Assembly: GCA_951406725.2 (NCBI GenBank)
Contig: OX597815.1
Coordinates: 33,790,001 to 33,854,000, forward strand
Length of the DNA stretch: 64,000 nucleotides
Reading direction: 5' to 3'
Origin: Octopus vulgaris
Taxonomy: Eukaryota
The notes under the pieces are model-generated. The model ran no database searches. It worked only from the letters and a program-made list of their open reading frames with translations, and was not told the origin of the DNA. How positions within the stretch are numbered: position 1 is the stretch's first letter; the number at the start of each line of letters is the position of its first letter. A program made the position numbers and the translations under genes. Below are positions 36,083 through 48,460 of the stretch, in pieces.

Positions 36083-39000
36083 TATTCCTATGTACATCAT
36101 ATATATACTTAAATATATACACACTTAAAAACCCATGTGCACTAATTATTTCAAATGTATATGGGCTATAATTTTTTTTTTATGTATTTTCATTCATTTG
36201 AAGAATTTACCATAAGAAATTTGTATGAAAATTATTTTTTGTTCACATTTCTTTTAAATATCAAATATTGAATGGAGAACGGAAGTTTATCGAAATTAAT
36301 TTTATCCGCATTATTTTATCCATCTTTTATATTAAATATGTTGGAAGACCTCCCTGTGCTATACTAAGTCAAGTGACGGAAAATACTTTTAGTCGAAGAT
36401 CAAATTAGGCCTGAAAGATTTCGCATCGAAATTTCTTTGCTCATGTTGTGATTGTCTTTACCATGGGTGAAGCATATTTTTCATTTTGCAAATTCATTGA
36501 CCATTCACTTATTTTTCTGAAATGTTTACGTTATATTTGCTATATGCTTTCTCCCTGTTCACACTTAAAAAGAAATACTGAATTTAATTTAATTTTTCCA
36601 CTTGTGTTTCTGACATTGCTACTTACAGAAAACTAGTTACTTTAAAATATACACTATGATTAATATTAAGTACCAGTTGAATACTGAGTCGATGCTGGCC
36701 TTGTGCCCAAATTTGGAAACCTCATTGAATTATTTCAAAATACATCTGATTCGGACAAAATTTTTCAGTTACTAATCATTTAATTTTTATATAAATTTGG
36801 AAAAAGTTATAACATCGCCTAAGTGAATATAGTTGTACATTTTCTTAAAGGAAATGACTTCTAGTCAACATTTATCAATCCCATACTCCTTCCATTTTTT
36901 TCTGACGATCAGCAAATGTATATTATATTTAATTGCTTACATCAAACATTATTAGACAATGTTAGCCTCTACTTCATTTGCATTTCTTCATTCTACATTC
37001 GAAACTACATCATCATAATATGCACTAGTCAACTATCATGAAGTATATACATAATTTTTTACTTTTATTCCATGTAATATATTTTAAATATTTTTTTAAT
37101 GGAAGTGCAGTTAAATTCTGGAGTACAGAATTTTCATACTTAACTTTCCCTGTCCCAATTATTTTACTGTGTATACATTAAGAAGCATGGTTGATATCGA
37201 AAACCTTACTGAAATCCATCCATTCAAGACACCATTAAGAAAAAGATTCCAATGCTTTTGGATAAATTGGTGTGATATAAAACCCTCAGTATTTTGAGAC
37301 TTAAGATTTGAGAATTCACTCAGTTAATATCTTTTGTTGCATTAGAAAGGATGAGTGAATAGTTTGACTAAGGTTTTGCTTGAAGATTAAATGACCGGAA
37401 TCTATAGGTTGGAAGGCAGTTCAAGAAAAATTAGTTCTGTGGAGAAGTCTGCATATACTTTATTAAAACCTATTAATAATTTGATAAGAAAGGTTTCTGC
37501 ATGTTACAAGAGTTATCCACCTGTTTTCGGCAATGACAAGGATTGGTCTCAATTCCAGTGGTTCTCAAAAGGTGTAGTGCAGCAATAAAATTATATTTTT
37601 TAAAAAATGTGAAAAATACAAGCAAAAATTCCGAATATTTTGATGACTATTATTTATTTATTTATTGAATAAAGGACTAAATACTTGCTAATTTCCCATT
37701 ATCACACACTGTTATGTTTGGACTAATGTCCTCATCTTGACCGTTGGTCACATTTTGACCATTGCACCTGCCATCCTTCTTCAGAAGCTTGTAGTGTTTA
37801 GTAGCATTCTCAGAATTTTGAACCAAAATCATTTTTTAATTCATGGTGGAGTGTTATTGGCTATGCCCAAAATATCCTCATGTTAGTTGTAATGCCATTT
37901 ACTCATTCTGCTTCAACCAGAATATCAATGATACATTGGTTGAACTAACATATGCCCACCTTGTAAACTACAGTGATTAACACGATATTTGATCAATGCT
38001 AAATGGGTTAAGCGTTGCCATGAGTTCAATCATTGGTTTTGTGAATGTGTATATAAACTCTGGCTCAAGTAAGTTTGTATGCTGTGATACCATCCACTGT
38101 GTGTGTGTGACCACCATTTCCTCATTAGCTTTTTTACAGAACTTACGAGTAAGTGGCATCACAACTTTGAGAATAATTAAGTGCAAGAATATCCCTGGAT
38201 TTAAGAGTTTGGTTTCTGCTATTTGCAACTTGTAATCCACTAAACAACTTGTTGCATGGTTGAGTTGTTTACCACTCAACTACCACCACCCTCCATACCT
38301 ACCTGGTGATCATGATTGCTAGAAACCCCAAAATAATATCTGTTAAAGGAACAGATATATTCTGTCTAGGATTAATGACCTTATTACCAAAGTGAGGAAA
38401 GTTAGAAATTCAAGCTTGGTATTTGGCCCATTGTAAGGCGACTGGGAGTTAGCCACTGCTAAGCCCTCATTGAAGCATGTCTCTAAGAGAAACTCTGATA
38501 TAAAACCTTAGTGCCATTCTGGGAGGTCATGTCACACTCTGGACCATCCTTCTGCTTTTAGTTTTTCCAAAGAGTGCAGTTGGTCCTACATAAACCTTCA
38601 TTACAATAAATAAATAATGTGTGTGAGAAGTCTAATGGTTTAGGACAGAACAGTCTGTTGAACTGTTGGAATCTGAATCTGACAGAAGAGTCCATTTTGT
38701 GTATATGAGCAAATGTGACTTCAGAGTGACACAGAGCAAAACAATGGTGCTTACATTCCTTGTATACAGCATGTCCCATTATTTGGTGATGTCATCAGTT
38801 TCAATAGGAAAAAATACCTTATTTGGAAATTAGTAATGGTTGGCAAGAGGAAAGGCATCCTACCATAAAAAACAGCACCATTAAACAAAAGTGAAAATGA
38901 CTGTTACTTAATATAAGCAGACACTTGAAGTCCATAGGGTGGCTGCTTGATATGGAGTGGCTATAATAACCAAGGGGGAAACATTATTACAAATAATTTG

Positions 39001-41306
39001 TTTTTAATGATGAAACCTTAAGTAGATAAAGCTATAAATAATAGAATATAAATATTGAGTTTTAAAAAATCCTTTGGATAGAAAATGTTATTATTTATAG
39101 TTTTCTCTAAGGCAGCAAGCTGGCAAAATGAGTAGCAGTATTTTGTCTGTCTTTACGTTCTGAGTTCAAATTGCCTTTCATCCTTTCAGGGTAAATAAAA
39201 TAATTGAGCTCTGGGGTCGATATAACTGACATACCCATTCCCACGAATTTGCTGGCCTTGCATCAAGATTTGGCAACAAGGTGATCAGCTGGCAGAATTG
39301 TTAGCATGTCGGACAAAATGCTTTGTAGCATTTCCTTCATCTTAATGTTCTGAGTTCAAATGCCACCAAGGTCGACTAAGCCTTCTATCTTATTGAGGTT
39401 GATGAAATAAGTACCAGTTGAACACTGGGGTAAATGTAATTGACTTATCCCCTCCTCCAAATTACTGGCCTTGTGCCAAAATTTATAGCTTTGTTTACAA
39501 GTTTCACTGTTAGAAATTAATTATTTTGAGTCTCAAATTATCTAAATTCATATGGCATAAACTATTACAAATATATCACTATAATTCGGACAGTTTTCTA
39601 ATGTTTAAATTATTTACAACTAAGCATACAAAAATTTTCTTTTGATTTTGTGCACAAAATGTGACAAAGTATTTTTATTTGCTTTAAATTGTGTTGAAAA
39701 TTGTAAAAGAAAAAAAACCCCTTGAGAGCCATTGATCTAATCCTTCATAATTCCAATTTCATTTTTTTAAAGAAATTTTTTTCAGTGGGACAGTGACACC
39801 TATGATTTTTATAGGCCCATTTTGTCTAGTAACATCAAGGCAGTTATAGTTACTAATACTATAATCAAGTTCATAAAAGCATTCTTTTTCAGTTGTATCT
39901 TTTGTCAATTCAACACTTAATATGTTGATTTGGGATTATTTCCAAGAATTTGTCCAATTCCTTCATAAAAGAATTCTTTTAATTTCTGTCTAATATTTTA
40001 TTATCTGGTGTGAAATATTCATTGACTGGATGTAATGATGTAAAGAAATAAAGATTAAAAGTACAATGATGTTAGTCTATCATGAGAATAAAATTCTAAT
40101 ATCTTGTGGCAGGACTCTTCTTCACAGAACTAAAGTAGCTCAAATTGGAATTTTAATCACAGAATTAACACTTTTGAACAATTTATCAATTTTATACCAA
40201 ACAAAAATTCTGAGGCCATATCATTAGATAGATGTCGACCATGTACATCATGTATGTGAATTTGTGTTTTGTTAAAAAAGTATTGATTAATTTCTCCTTT
40301 TAAAGTCAGAAATTTACAAATCTTTATTGCTAAAATGTCTTGCTGTATGAACCATTTATTCTTCCCAGCAAAACAACGATCTTACTTGTGTTCACGAAAC
40401 AATGACTAATTTATGCATTTATCAGTTTCAGAAAGATTTTAATTTTAAAAATACCAAACTGGTTTGCTTTATTATATTTATTTATTTATTTTTACCATGG
40501 AAAGAAACCGGCCATTCCACAGACAAATGGTCTGAGATGGAACCACCAAAGATGACCTTTATATTGAAAGCATATTTATATTTTAATAAAATAATCAGGT
40601 TTAGTTTATTCAGCAACATGTCTGAAATAGTATATAGTTTTCATTTTGGCTTTTATTAACATTTACTTTCTTATTCACTCACTTGCTTCTATTTTTGGCT
40701 ACATCCTGTAATTGTCTTTTTTAACACCTATTTTTCTCAGCTGATATGCTGTCCTGTAATCCTAGCATTTTCCCATTAATCTCAGTCCAATGTTATCTTA
40801 TGTGTTAGACACATCTCTTTCAAGTTCTCTCCACCATTAATTTGCAACACTTTTTTTCACTTAGAATATTTATTAAAATAGAAATAGATTGCAATATCTT
40901 AATTTTGGCTTGAGAAAATTTTTTTCTTTCTTTTTTTTTTTTTCAATTCTTATTCTAGAATTTATTCTTTGTATCAATTTTTACTAAGGATTTATTATTA
41001 TTGTGCTGAAAAAGAAGAACATTGCATCTTGCTAGAAAAATTTGGACCTTTGTGTTTGTGTGTAATACTTTGTACAACTTGAATCTAATGATGCACAACC
41101 AATGACCTTGCTACTTGAGCCAGCATTAGATTTGAAATTTTTTCATCATACAATTAAGTGATTTTAAGTTTGTTTTGAGGTTTCTAAGTGGATTTAATGG
41201 TCTCTTCTACAGAAACGTTAATTTGGATATTTTATTTGGAAGAGATCTAAAGACAGAGTAGCTAAAATAATGTGATCTTACAATCCATGTATGTATATGT
41301 GTATGT

Positions 41307-41660
41307 ATCATCATCATCATCATTGTTTAACGTCCATTTTCCATGTTAGCATGGGTTGGATGGTTTGACCAGGGTCTGCGAAGCCAGGATACTGCGCTAG
41401 TTTCCAGTCTGATCTGGCAGCTGGATGCCCTTCCTAACGCCAACCCCTCCGTGAGTGTATAGTGGGTGCTTTTTACATGCCACTGGCACAGGGACCAGAG
41501 GAAGCTGGCAAACGGCTACGATCGGTTGGTGCTTTTTACATGCCACTGGCACGGGTATCGTAACTACAATTTCCATTTGATTTTTATTTTGATGTTGGTG
41601 TTGACATACTTGACTCAATAGGTCTCCTCAAGCACAACGGGTCACTCTACGATCCAAAGT
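41307..41660 (-). mobile_element. SINE-like family C
   Basis: Reverse complement of 1385-1810. Confidence 0.85.
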
Positions 41661-42655
41661 TAGCACAGCGCAGCAGCAGCGTATATGTTTAAAAAAATGA
41701 GAGGTGAACTGATATTAGGATTATGACCTTCAGAAAAATAACAAAGGACTGGGGCAAGTGAGGAGATGCTGGGCTGAAACTTAATGCCCTCATCTAACCC
41801 ATGCTAGTTGGAAAAGTGGATGTATATGATTGTAGAGTTGGAAATTAATCTTTTTCTCTTGAGTTCTTACTGATGATACATAATTAAAAATAGAATTGTA
41901 TTTAATAATTTTAATTATTTTATAAATCCTTTCTACAAAGAAAAAAAAAATACAAATGTTTAGTGCTGTAGAAACTTCCATACTTAATGGAGTGAACCAA
42001 AAAAAATTCTTTTTTTGCCTCATGGGCAGCCTTTGTTTTTTTAACCCCAAAAGATTTTTCAACCTAATACTTCCCCGTTATCAGTTATACCTTTGTGTGT
42101 GTGCTTTGAGATATTCCAAAAAAGAATTCACTCACATTCCCTTAGAAGTTTCCAAACTTCGTAAGATGTCGAGAATAAAAAAATAAAAAAATTTAACCCA
42201 TTAAAATTATAACTAATACAGGAAAATTCATTGGCGTTTATGAAAATTACTCAAAAAAAAATGAGCAAGGGAGATAACTTTAAAAATTTCAGTTGAATAA
42301 AAGTCAAATGGAGATATACAGATATGTCCTACAATGTAAATAAAGGCAACTAATTTTTTAAAATACAAAACTTAATAAACGCTTAAATATTATGACAATG
42401 GAAGCAATACTCTTCAATGTGTCAAATTTCAGTTTTTCCCCTGTGCTATAATCCAATTATGTAAGCATTCCTTCACCTTGGTTACCCACCCTGAAACACT
42501 CATGCTGATGGGTTCCAAAATAAAGCTTGTTTAATTTCATCCTCTTGGGTGATGGTCTTTTTATCTATCCTAGTTTTTATATGCAATAACAATTCTCTTA
42601 TTTTGGCATCTCCTTAAAGTACCTTCTGTGATACATATATTGTCTTGTTTAGAAT

Positions 42656-42686
<31 letters not shown>

Positions 42687-43436
42687 GTGTATGTGATCTC
42701 TCCCCAAGCCTTCAGAATAATTTATTTTGTATTCTTTCTAAACATATCTGCCATACTCTAATCATTATGTTTTTTTCTCTTTTTCCATTACTTATGACCA
42801 CCAAAATATTTAACACTTCCTGAAGATATTGACCATGTGAAAAGAATTATTTTTTAAATCTTGTTTTGTATAAATTCTCAAGTGATTTATTTTTCACCTT
42901 TTTTTAAATTATTGATTTTTTTTTTTTTTTTCATATTTTGAAACTTGATGACTTCCTGAAAGAAGCTGTATATAATAAATTAACTTCTTTTATTTCTTAA
43001 GTAAATATTTCCCACTTTGCTTCAACATGTGGCACATTAACTCTTCAATGACTTTTCTACCTATCTTGAATGTATTTGTCAGATTTGTGAAGTATTTTGC
43101 CATTTTAACAAAACATATTTCATGATTTTTACTGTAAAATGTTTACCATTTTATTGTGTGTGCTGTAGAACTACTGGTGAACCAAAACTGTGATCTAGTT
43201 TTGATCCTGAAAGCCATTTTACATCTTTATGTTGCCATTTCCCATTAGAACAGCCAGAGTAATTCATTTTCTCATTTACCCTCACCGAGTTCACAGTCTT
43301 TGTATTGAATCACAAGAAATCAACTTTTTTTCTATTGGGTAGTCAAATTATTTTCTTAAGTGGTTTGAAATTGGATTAAATAATGTTACCTTAAGCGTCT
43401 ATCTATCATTCTATCTATCTGTCTGTTTGTCTATAC

Positions 43437-43468
<32 letters not shown>

Positions 43469-43523
43469 GATAGATCATTAGCTCCTACACGCATTTTTTT
43501 CTCTCCTTGTTTTTTTCTGTGTA

Positions 43524-43561
43524 TCTTTCTGTCGAAGAGCGTAGGCTCGAAACGTAAAAGA
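43524..43561 (+). ncRNA. Minimal (loop-3-less) hammerhead-like motif in a Penelope-type terminal repeat
   Basis: UCUUU-CUGUCGAA-GAGC-GUAG-GCUC-GAAACGUA-AAAGA. Helices I and II are perfect, but the core is the variant CUGUCGA. Confidence 0.55.
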
Positions 43562-44293
43562 CTTGTTCTATTTCTATTCCTGAGCGCCATACTAATACAT
43601 TCGTTTGTTTGTACTCCACCTGCCTTCGTCTTTTGTTTATTTTCGTAAACCTTCCCGTTCATTATCATCATCATCATCGTTTAACGTCCGTTCTCCATGC
43701 TAGCATATATATATATATATATATATATAATATTTTAATTGTTGATAAAAATATTCAAATAAGTACTTGTCATTTTTATTTATTTTTTTTAAAATTTAAA
43801 ATAGTTTTCTGTCTGAATTTTATGTGGCCTATTTTGAATTCTATTTTCAGAAATGTTGATATTGTCTATAGATGCATAAAAACTTGTCATAGTTAGTCAT
43901 GGAAGAAGAATTATTCAAGCATGTCTCCTAGAAACATACATGTCTATTGTACTGTGCTGTTTCATACATATTCGAACAGACTGGTTAGTCCTCTCTATAA
44001 TATTCATGTCTGCACAATTGCAGCTAATTTGCTATCTTGCTATTTTTTTATTTTTCACCTAGTCAAATACCAGTAATTGTCAAAATTCATCCCTTACATA
44101 AATTTATTTCAAGCCAAGTCAAAAGGAATCAGTCTGGAAGAATGTTTAAGATTTACTCTTTTGTATTCTGTTATTTAGAAATTTGTCTCTGTTGTTATAT
44201 AAAGAGGCCAGCTTCCATTCCAGACACCAGACCAGTGTGGATTTTTGTTTTATAGAACCGTTAGCACGCTGGGCGAAATGCGTATTTCATCTG

Positions 44294-44941
44294 TCGTTAC
44301 ATTCTGAGTTCAAATTCCGCCGAGGTCAACTTTGCCTTTCATCCTTTCAGGGTCGATAAATTAAGTACACACTGGGGTCGATGTAATCGACTTGATCTGT
44401 TTGTCTGTCCTTGTTTGTCCCCTCTGTGTTTAGCCCCTTGTGGGCAGTAAAGAAATATATATCTTCACAGTTGAGGTCATCATCAGCAAAATTCAACCAT
44501 CAATGTCCATTTTCTGTTATTGAAATCAAATGATCAAAAACACTATAATTTTTCCTTTAAAAACAAATTCACATATCTTTACGTAAATGCAATAAACCAC
44601 ATTATACAAGTGTATATTCGTTACATTCTGAGTTCAAATTCCGCCGAGGTCAACTTTGCCTTTCATCCTTTCAGGGTCGATAAATTAAGTACACACTGGG
44701 GTCGATGTAATCGACTTGATCTGTTTGTCTGTCCTTGTTTGTCCCCTCTGTGTTTAGCCCCTTGTGGGCAGTAAAGAAATATATATCTTCACAGTTGAGG
44801 TCATCATCAGCAAAATTCAACCATCAATGTCCATTTTCTGTTATTTAAATCAAATGATCAAAAACACTATAATTTTTCCTTTAAAAACAAATTCACATAT
44901 CTTTACGTAAATGCAATAAACCACATTATACAAGTGTATAT
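44294..44941 (+). repeat. 324-bp near-perfect tandem duplication (SINE B 3' part plus unique flank)
   Basis: cgttacattctgag starts at 44295 and 44619. Only one internal difference was seen by eye (ttattgaaatc vs ttatttaaatc). Confidence 0.95.
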
Positions 44942-45031
44942 CTTTACATATATAATCAAGGCATGTTAGCATTTCACTTTTATCCATTTCATATTTCCTG
45001 CACCGTTTATAGACATAGAATAATTGTTTAA

Positions 45032-45250
45032 TCCTTTATAATCCAGATTATTCTGTCAAATGTAGTGTTTATTTAATCACATTGCTTTGAATTAATCATG
45101 CATTATCTTGTAGTTTCAAGATTTCATTGATGTGATTGTTTATTCTTAGAATGACATTGTAGGATGGGTGTGAGAAGTTGGATCTGGTTAGTTTGAATGT
45201 AAAATAGGTTAAATATTTAGACTAGAAAGGCTAGTTTAAATGCTAAAGGG
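45032..45250. mobile_element. TTAA-flanked piggyBac-type MITE remnant
   Basis: TTAA-tccttta ... taaaggg-TTAA. Confidence 0.55.
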
Positions 45251-45368
45251 TTAATGAACATAAGATATTCATTTCATAACACTCTTTACTTTATGGTTGT
45301 CTTTTTTATAACACATTTCTGTGTGTGTATACAAATGTTCCAATTTATCAGTTCCAATTAAAAACAGC

Positions 45369-46040
45369 GGATCTTTACCTTTTGACTGACTGATTTTAAA
45401 ACTAATTTTTTTTTAACTAAACACTTTCAAACTTTGGACACTGATAGAATGTGTCATATAAAACATCTTTTACTCTTAGCGTTTTTGAGAAAAGCTTATA
45501 TTTAGGAAGTTATTTCACGTTAAAGTTGTAGTATTTCAGTAATTTCAACCAATCAATGACCTGAATAAAATTACTGCTGTTGTTTGTCAACAGGAACTTC
45601 CGGCAGTGTATATTTTGTTTGTCACTGTTATTTATGACAACCCTATCCCTAAACCCTAACCTTAAAACCTTACTTAACCCTAATCCTAACACCCTAACCT
45701 TAAAACCTTAACCCTAGAACCCTAACCCCTTAAAGCTAAAACCAGTACAAACACAAACGATGTCATAAATAACAGTGACAAACGAAAAATACACTGCCAA
45801 TAGTTGTTGTTGACAAACAACGGCAGTAATTTTATTCAGCTGAATACACGTCATTAATTGGTTGAAATTACTGAAATACGACAACTTTAACGTGAAATAA
45901 CTTCCTAAATATAAGCTTTTCTCAAAAACTCTAAGAGTAAAAGATGTTTTATATGACACATTCTACCAGTGTCTGAAGTTTGAAAGTGTTTAGTTACAAA
46001 AAATTATTTTTTAAATCTGACAGTCAAAAGGTAAAGATCC
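45369..46040. mobile_element. 672-bp foldback DNA element with arms of about 270 bp, telomere-like core and 8-bp TSD
   Basis: AAAACAGC-ggatctttaccttttgactg ... cagtcaaaaggtaaagatcc-AAAACAGC. The centre (45640-45760) has ccctaa/ccttaa units. Confidence 0.93.
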
Positions 46041-47631
46041 AAAACAGCTGATGTGAACAGAGATTTTTTATCCTGACTGTGATTTTCAGCCCTTGGACAA
46101 ATTCTGATGTTTCTGTAAAAAATAATAAAATAAAAAAAAACAAAATAATTGTGACTTACAATCATTTAGCAGACATGTTGCTGGGTTTCTATGGCAACCA
46201 CTATTTGAGTAGATTTACTCAGAAATAGTTGATTTAATAAAGAATTTCATCATTTTTTTCTAGCTGTAGTTATCTTATCCTAAGACTTTTGGGGACTTAA
46301 AGCATATAAACAAGAATAGTAGAAAGTGTAAAGCAGGTGTATGGCTGCATCATCGAATAGTTTAACTGATTATACAGAAGCAATGGATTTGCGGCCTATA
46401 CATTGAGCAGCATATCTACACTTTCAGATGATTTTTAACTACAAAGATTGGGTATTTATTGAAACTGATATCTTAAAGTAGGGTCCCTCATTGATGTTTG
46501 TGAAACCACACAGTACTATTATTAACCCATGTAGATGGTGAATTTTGCACCTTTACATTAACGAATTGTCCGGTGCATGTTTTCAGGGAGAAAGTGTTTT
46601 GAAGGACTTTATAGTTGAAATGGTAGGAATCATAAGTCAACAATAATTCCTGAGAGGTAAGCATTCCTATCGACATATTTGTAGAGCCTTTTTAATCATG
46701 TTAGTAACATTTTATTCAGGACAATTTTCACCTGTTTGTAAATGTTGATGTGGTTGATATGACACTTTCTTTTCTCAAACCCTTAGTATGAAATATAGCT
46801 TAAGCATTTCACTTCGAACGACAATATAACATTTACAAAACCAGACTTTTATAGTCTTAACACTGCATTTTGAATTCCTCTTTTACCAGAATGAATCTAT
46901 ATCTTACATTCCATATTGTGGTAGATTTATTGACTATGTCTCCCTTCTACAAAAATTGGCATTGTGCCTTGTTGAAGAAATTGATATCTTAACTGATGAG
47001 TCAAAGAACTGAAGCAAGCAAATCAAATCCATTACTCAATTTTGATTCCCTGTGAAATACATTTGTTCACTTATGATGTTAAGACCTTGAGGAATGGGGA
47101 TTAGCAGTATATTTCCTCTTTCCTAAATCTGGGATTTGGTGCTTATGTAAAATCTTGATGAGCACCATAGCATAAGAAGTTCCCAGCAAACCAGTTTCAA
47201 TTTCTCACTGAAAACTGTTTAATTCACTTAGACTAGTAATGCTCTTGAGAAAGGCATAAATGCCATGCAACTTTATTTCCTTCCACATGAGAAATCATTT
47301 TAAGTCAAAATTTTATTCTCTAAAGAAATTAATTTTCAGATTGTCTGTATTTTGTTACAAATCATGAGATAAAACAATCTAATTCACTTATCACTTTTTC
47401 CTTGCCCTTTCCAATATTTCTTGAATTGATTGGTGTTGGGGGAAGAGAGAGAGAGAGAAAATCAATAGATATGTATATTTTTTTATAATCTATGATTAAA
47501 GTCTGAAATGTTTTTTGTACTCTATCATGGTTAATTTATTTCTTCAGACAAGACATGAATATCGGTAACATCATCTTTCCCCTAAAGTATAAGGCCTTTG
47601 CATCAAGTCAAAAATTTTCATTATTATTATT

Positions 47632-48460
47632 AAGGCAGCAAGCTGGCAGAATTGTTATAGCTTCGGAAAAAATGCATTGTGGTATTTCTTGACTCGTTAC
47701 ATTCTGAGTTCAAATTCCATTGAGGTCAACGTTGCCTTTCATCCTTTTAGGGTTGATAAAATAAAGAACCAGTCAAGTACTGGGGTTGATAAAATGAAGT
47801 ACCAGTTAAGTACTGGAGTTTATATAATTGACTTGTCCCCTCCCCTCAGTGCCAAAATTTGAAATTATTATTACTATTTTGGTGGCAAGTTGGCAGAGTT
47901 GTTAGCATGTCAGACAAAATGCTTAGCATTTCTTCCAACCCATTGAAGTCTGAGTTCAGATTTTCCTGAGGTCAACTTTGCCTTTCACCCTATTGAAATA
48001 AAGCACCAGTAGAATACTGGGGTTGATGAAATCAACTTACGCTCACTTCCCTAAAATTGCTGGCCTTGTTTCTACACTTGAAAGGATTATTATTATTATA
48101 TTCTGATTTTGAATCCTGCCAAAATCAATTTCACCACCATTCATCCTTCCATAGTTGATAAAATAAGTACCTGGATCAGGGGGTTAATTGTATAACACTC
48201 ACTCCAAAAAAGAAAGACAAAAAAAAAAAAAATCGAAGATTTGTTTCTATGATAGAAAGGGGCAGTAGATTGGCAAATCTGTTGGAGCATCTTATAAAAC
48301 ACCTTATGGGTGTCTAGTTACATCCCTTTACATTCTGAGTTCAAAATGTCATCAAAGTCAACTTTGTCTTTATCCTTCTAGGGTTGCTAAAATAAAGTTC
48401 TACTAAAGTATCAGGATCTATTTTGACTGCTCCCTACCCTAATGGTTGTGGTCATGTGCC
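47632..48460 (+). mobile_element. Cluster of old, tandem SINE family B copies (similar cluster at 39108-39482)
   Basis: Repeated ggcagaattgttagc...ctgagttcaaattc...gcctttcatcc units. Confidence 0.7.

Noticed and set aside
37370-38300. Short ORFs and a possible old transposon or PLE remnant
   Set aside because: Too degenerate to assign a family or boundaries by eye.
42815-42850. CTGAAGA...GAAA spacing resembling a hammerhead
   Set aside because: No credible helix II, helix III or cleavage triplet.
45640-45760. Telomere or chromosome fusion site
   Set aside because: The repeats are degenerate, in a single orientation, and enclosed in a TSD-flanked foldback element.
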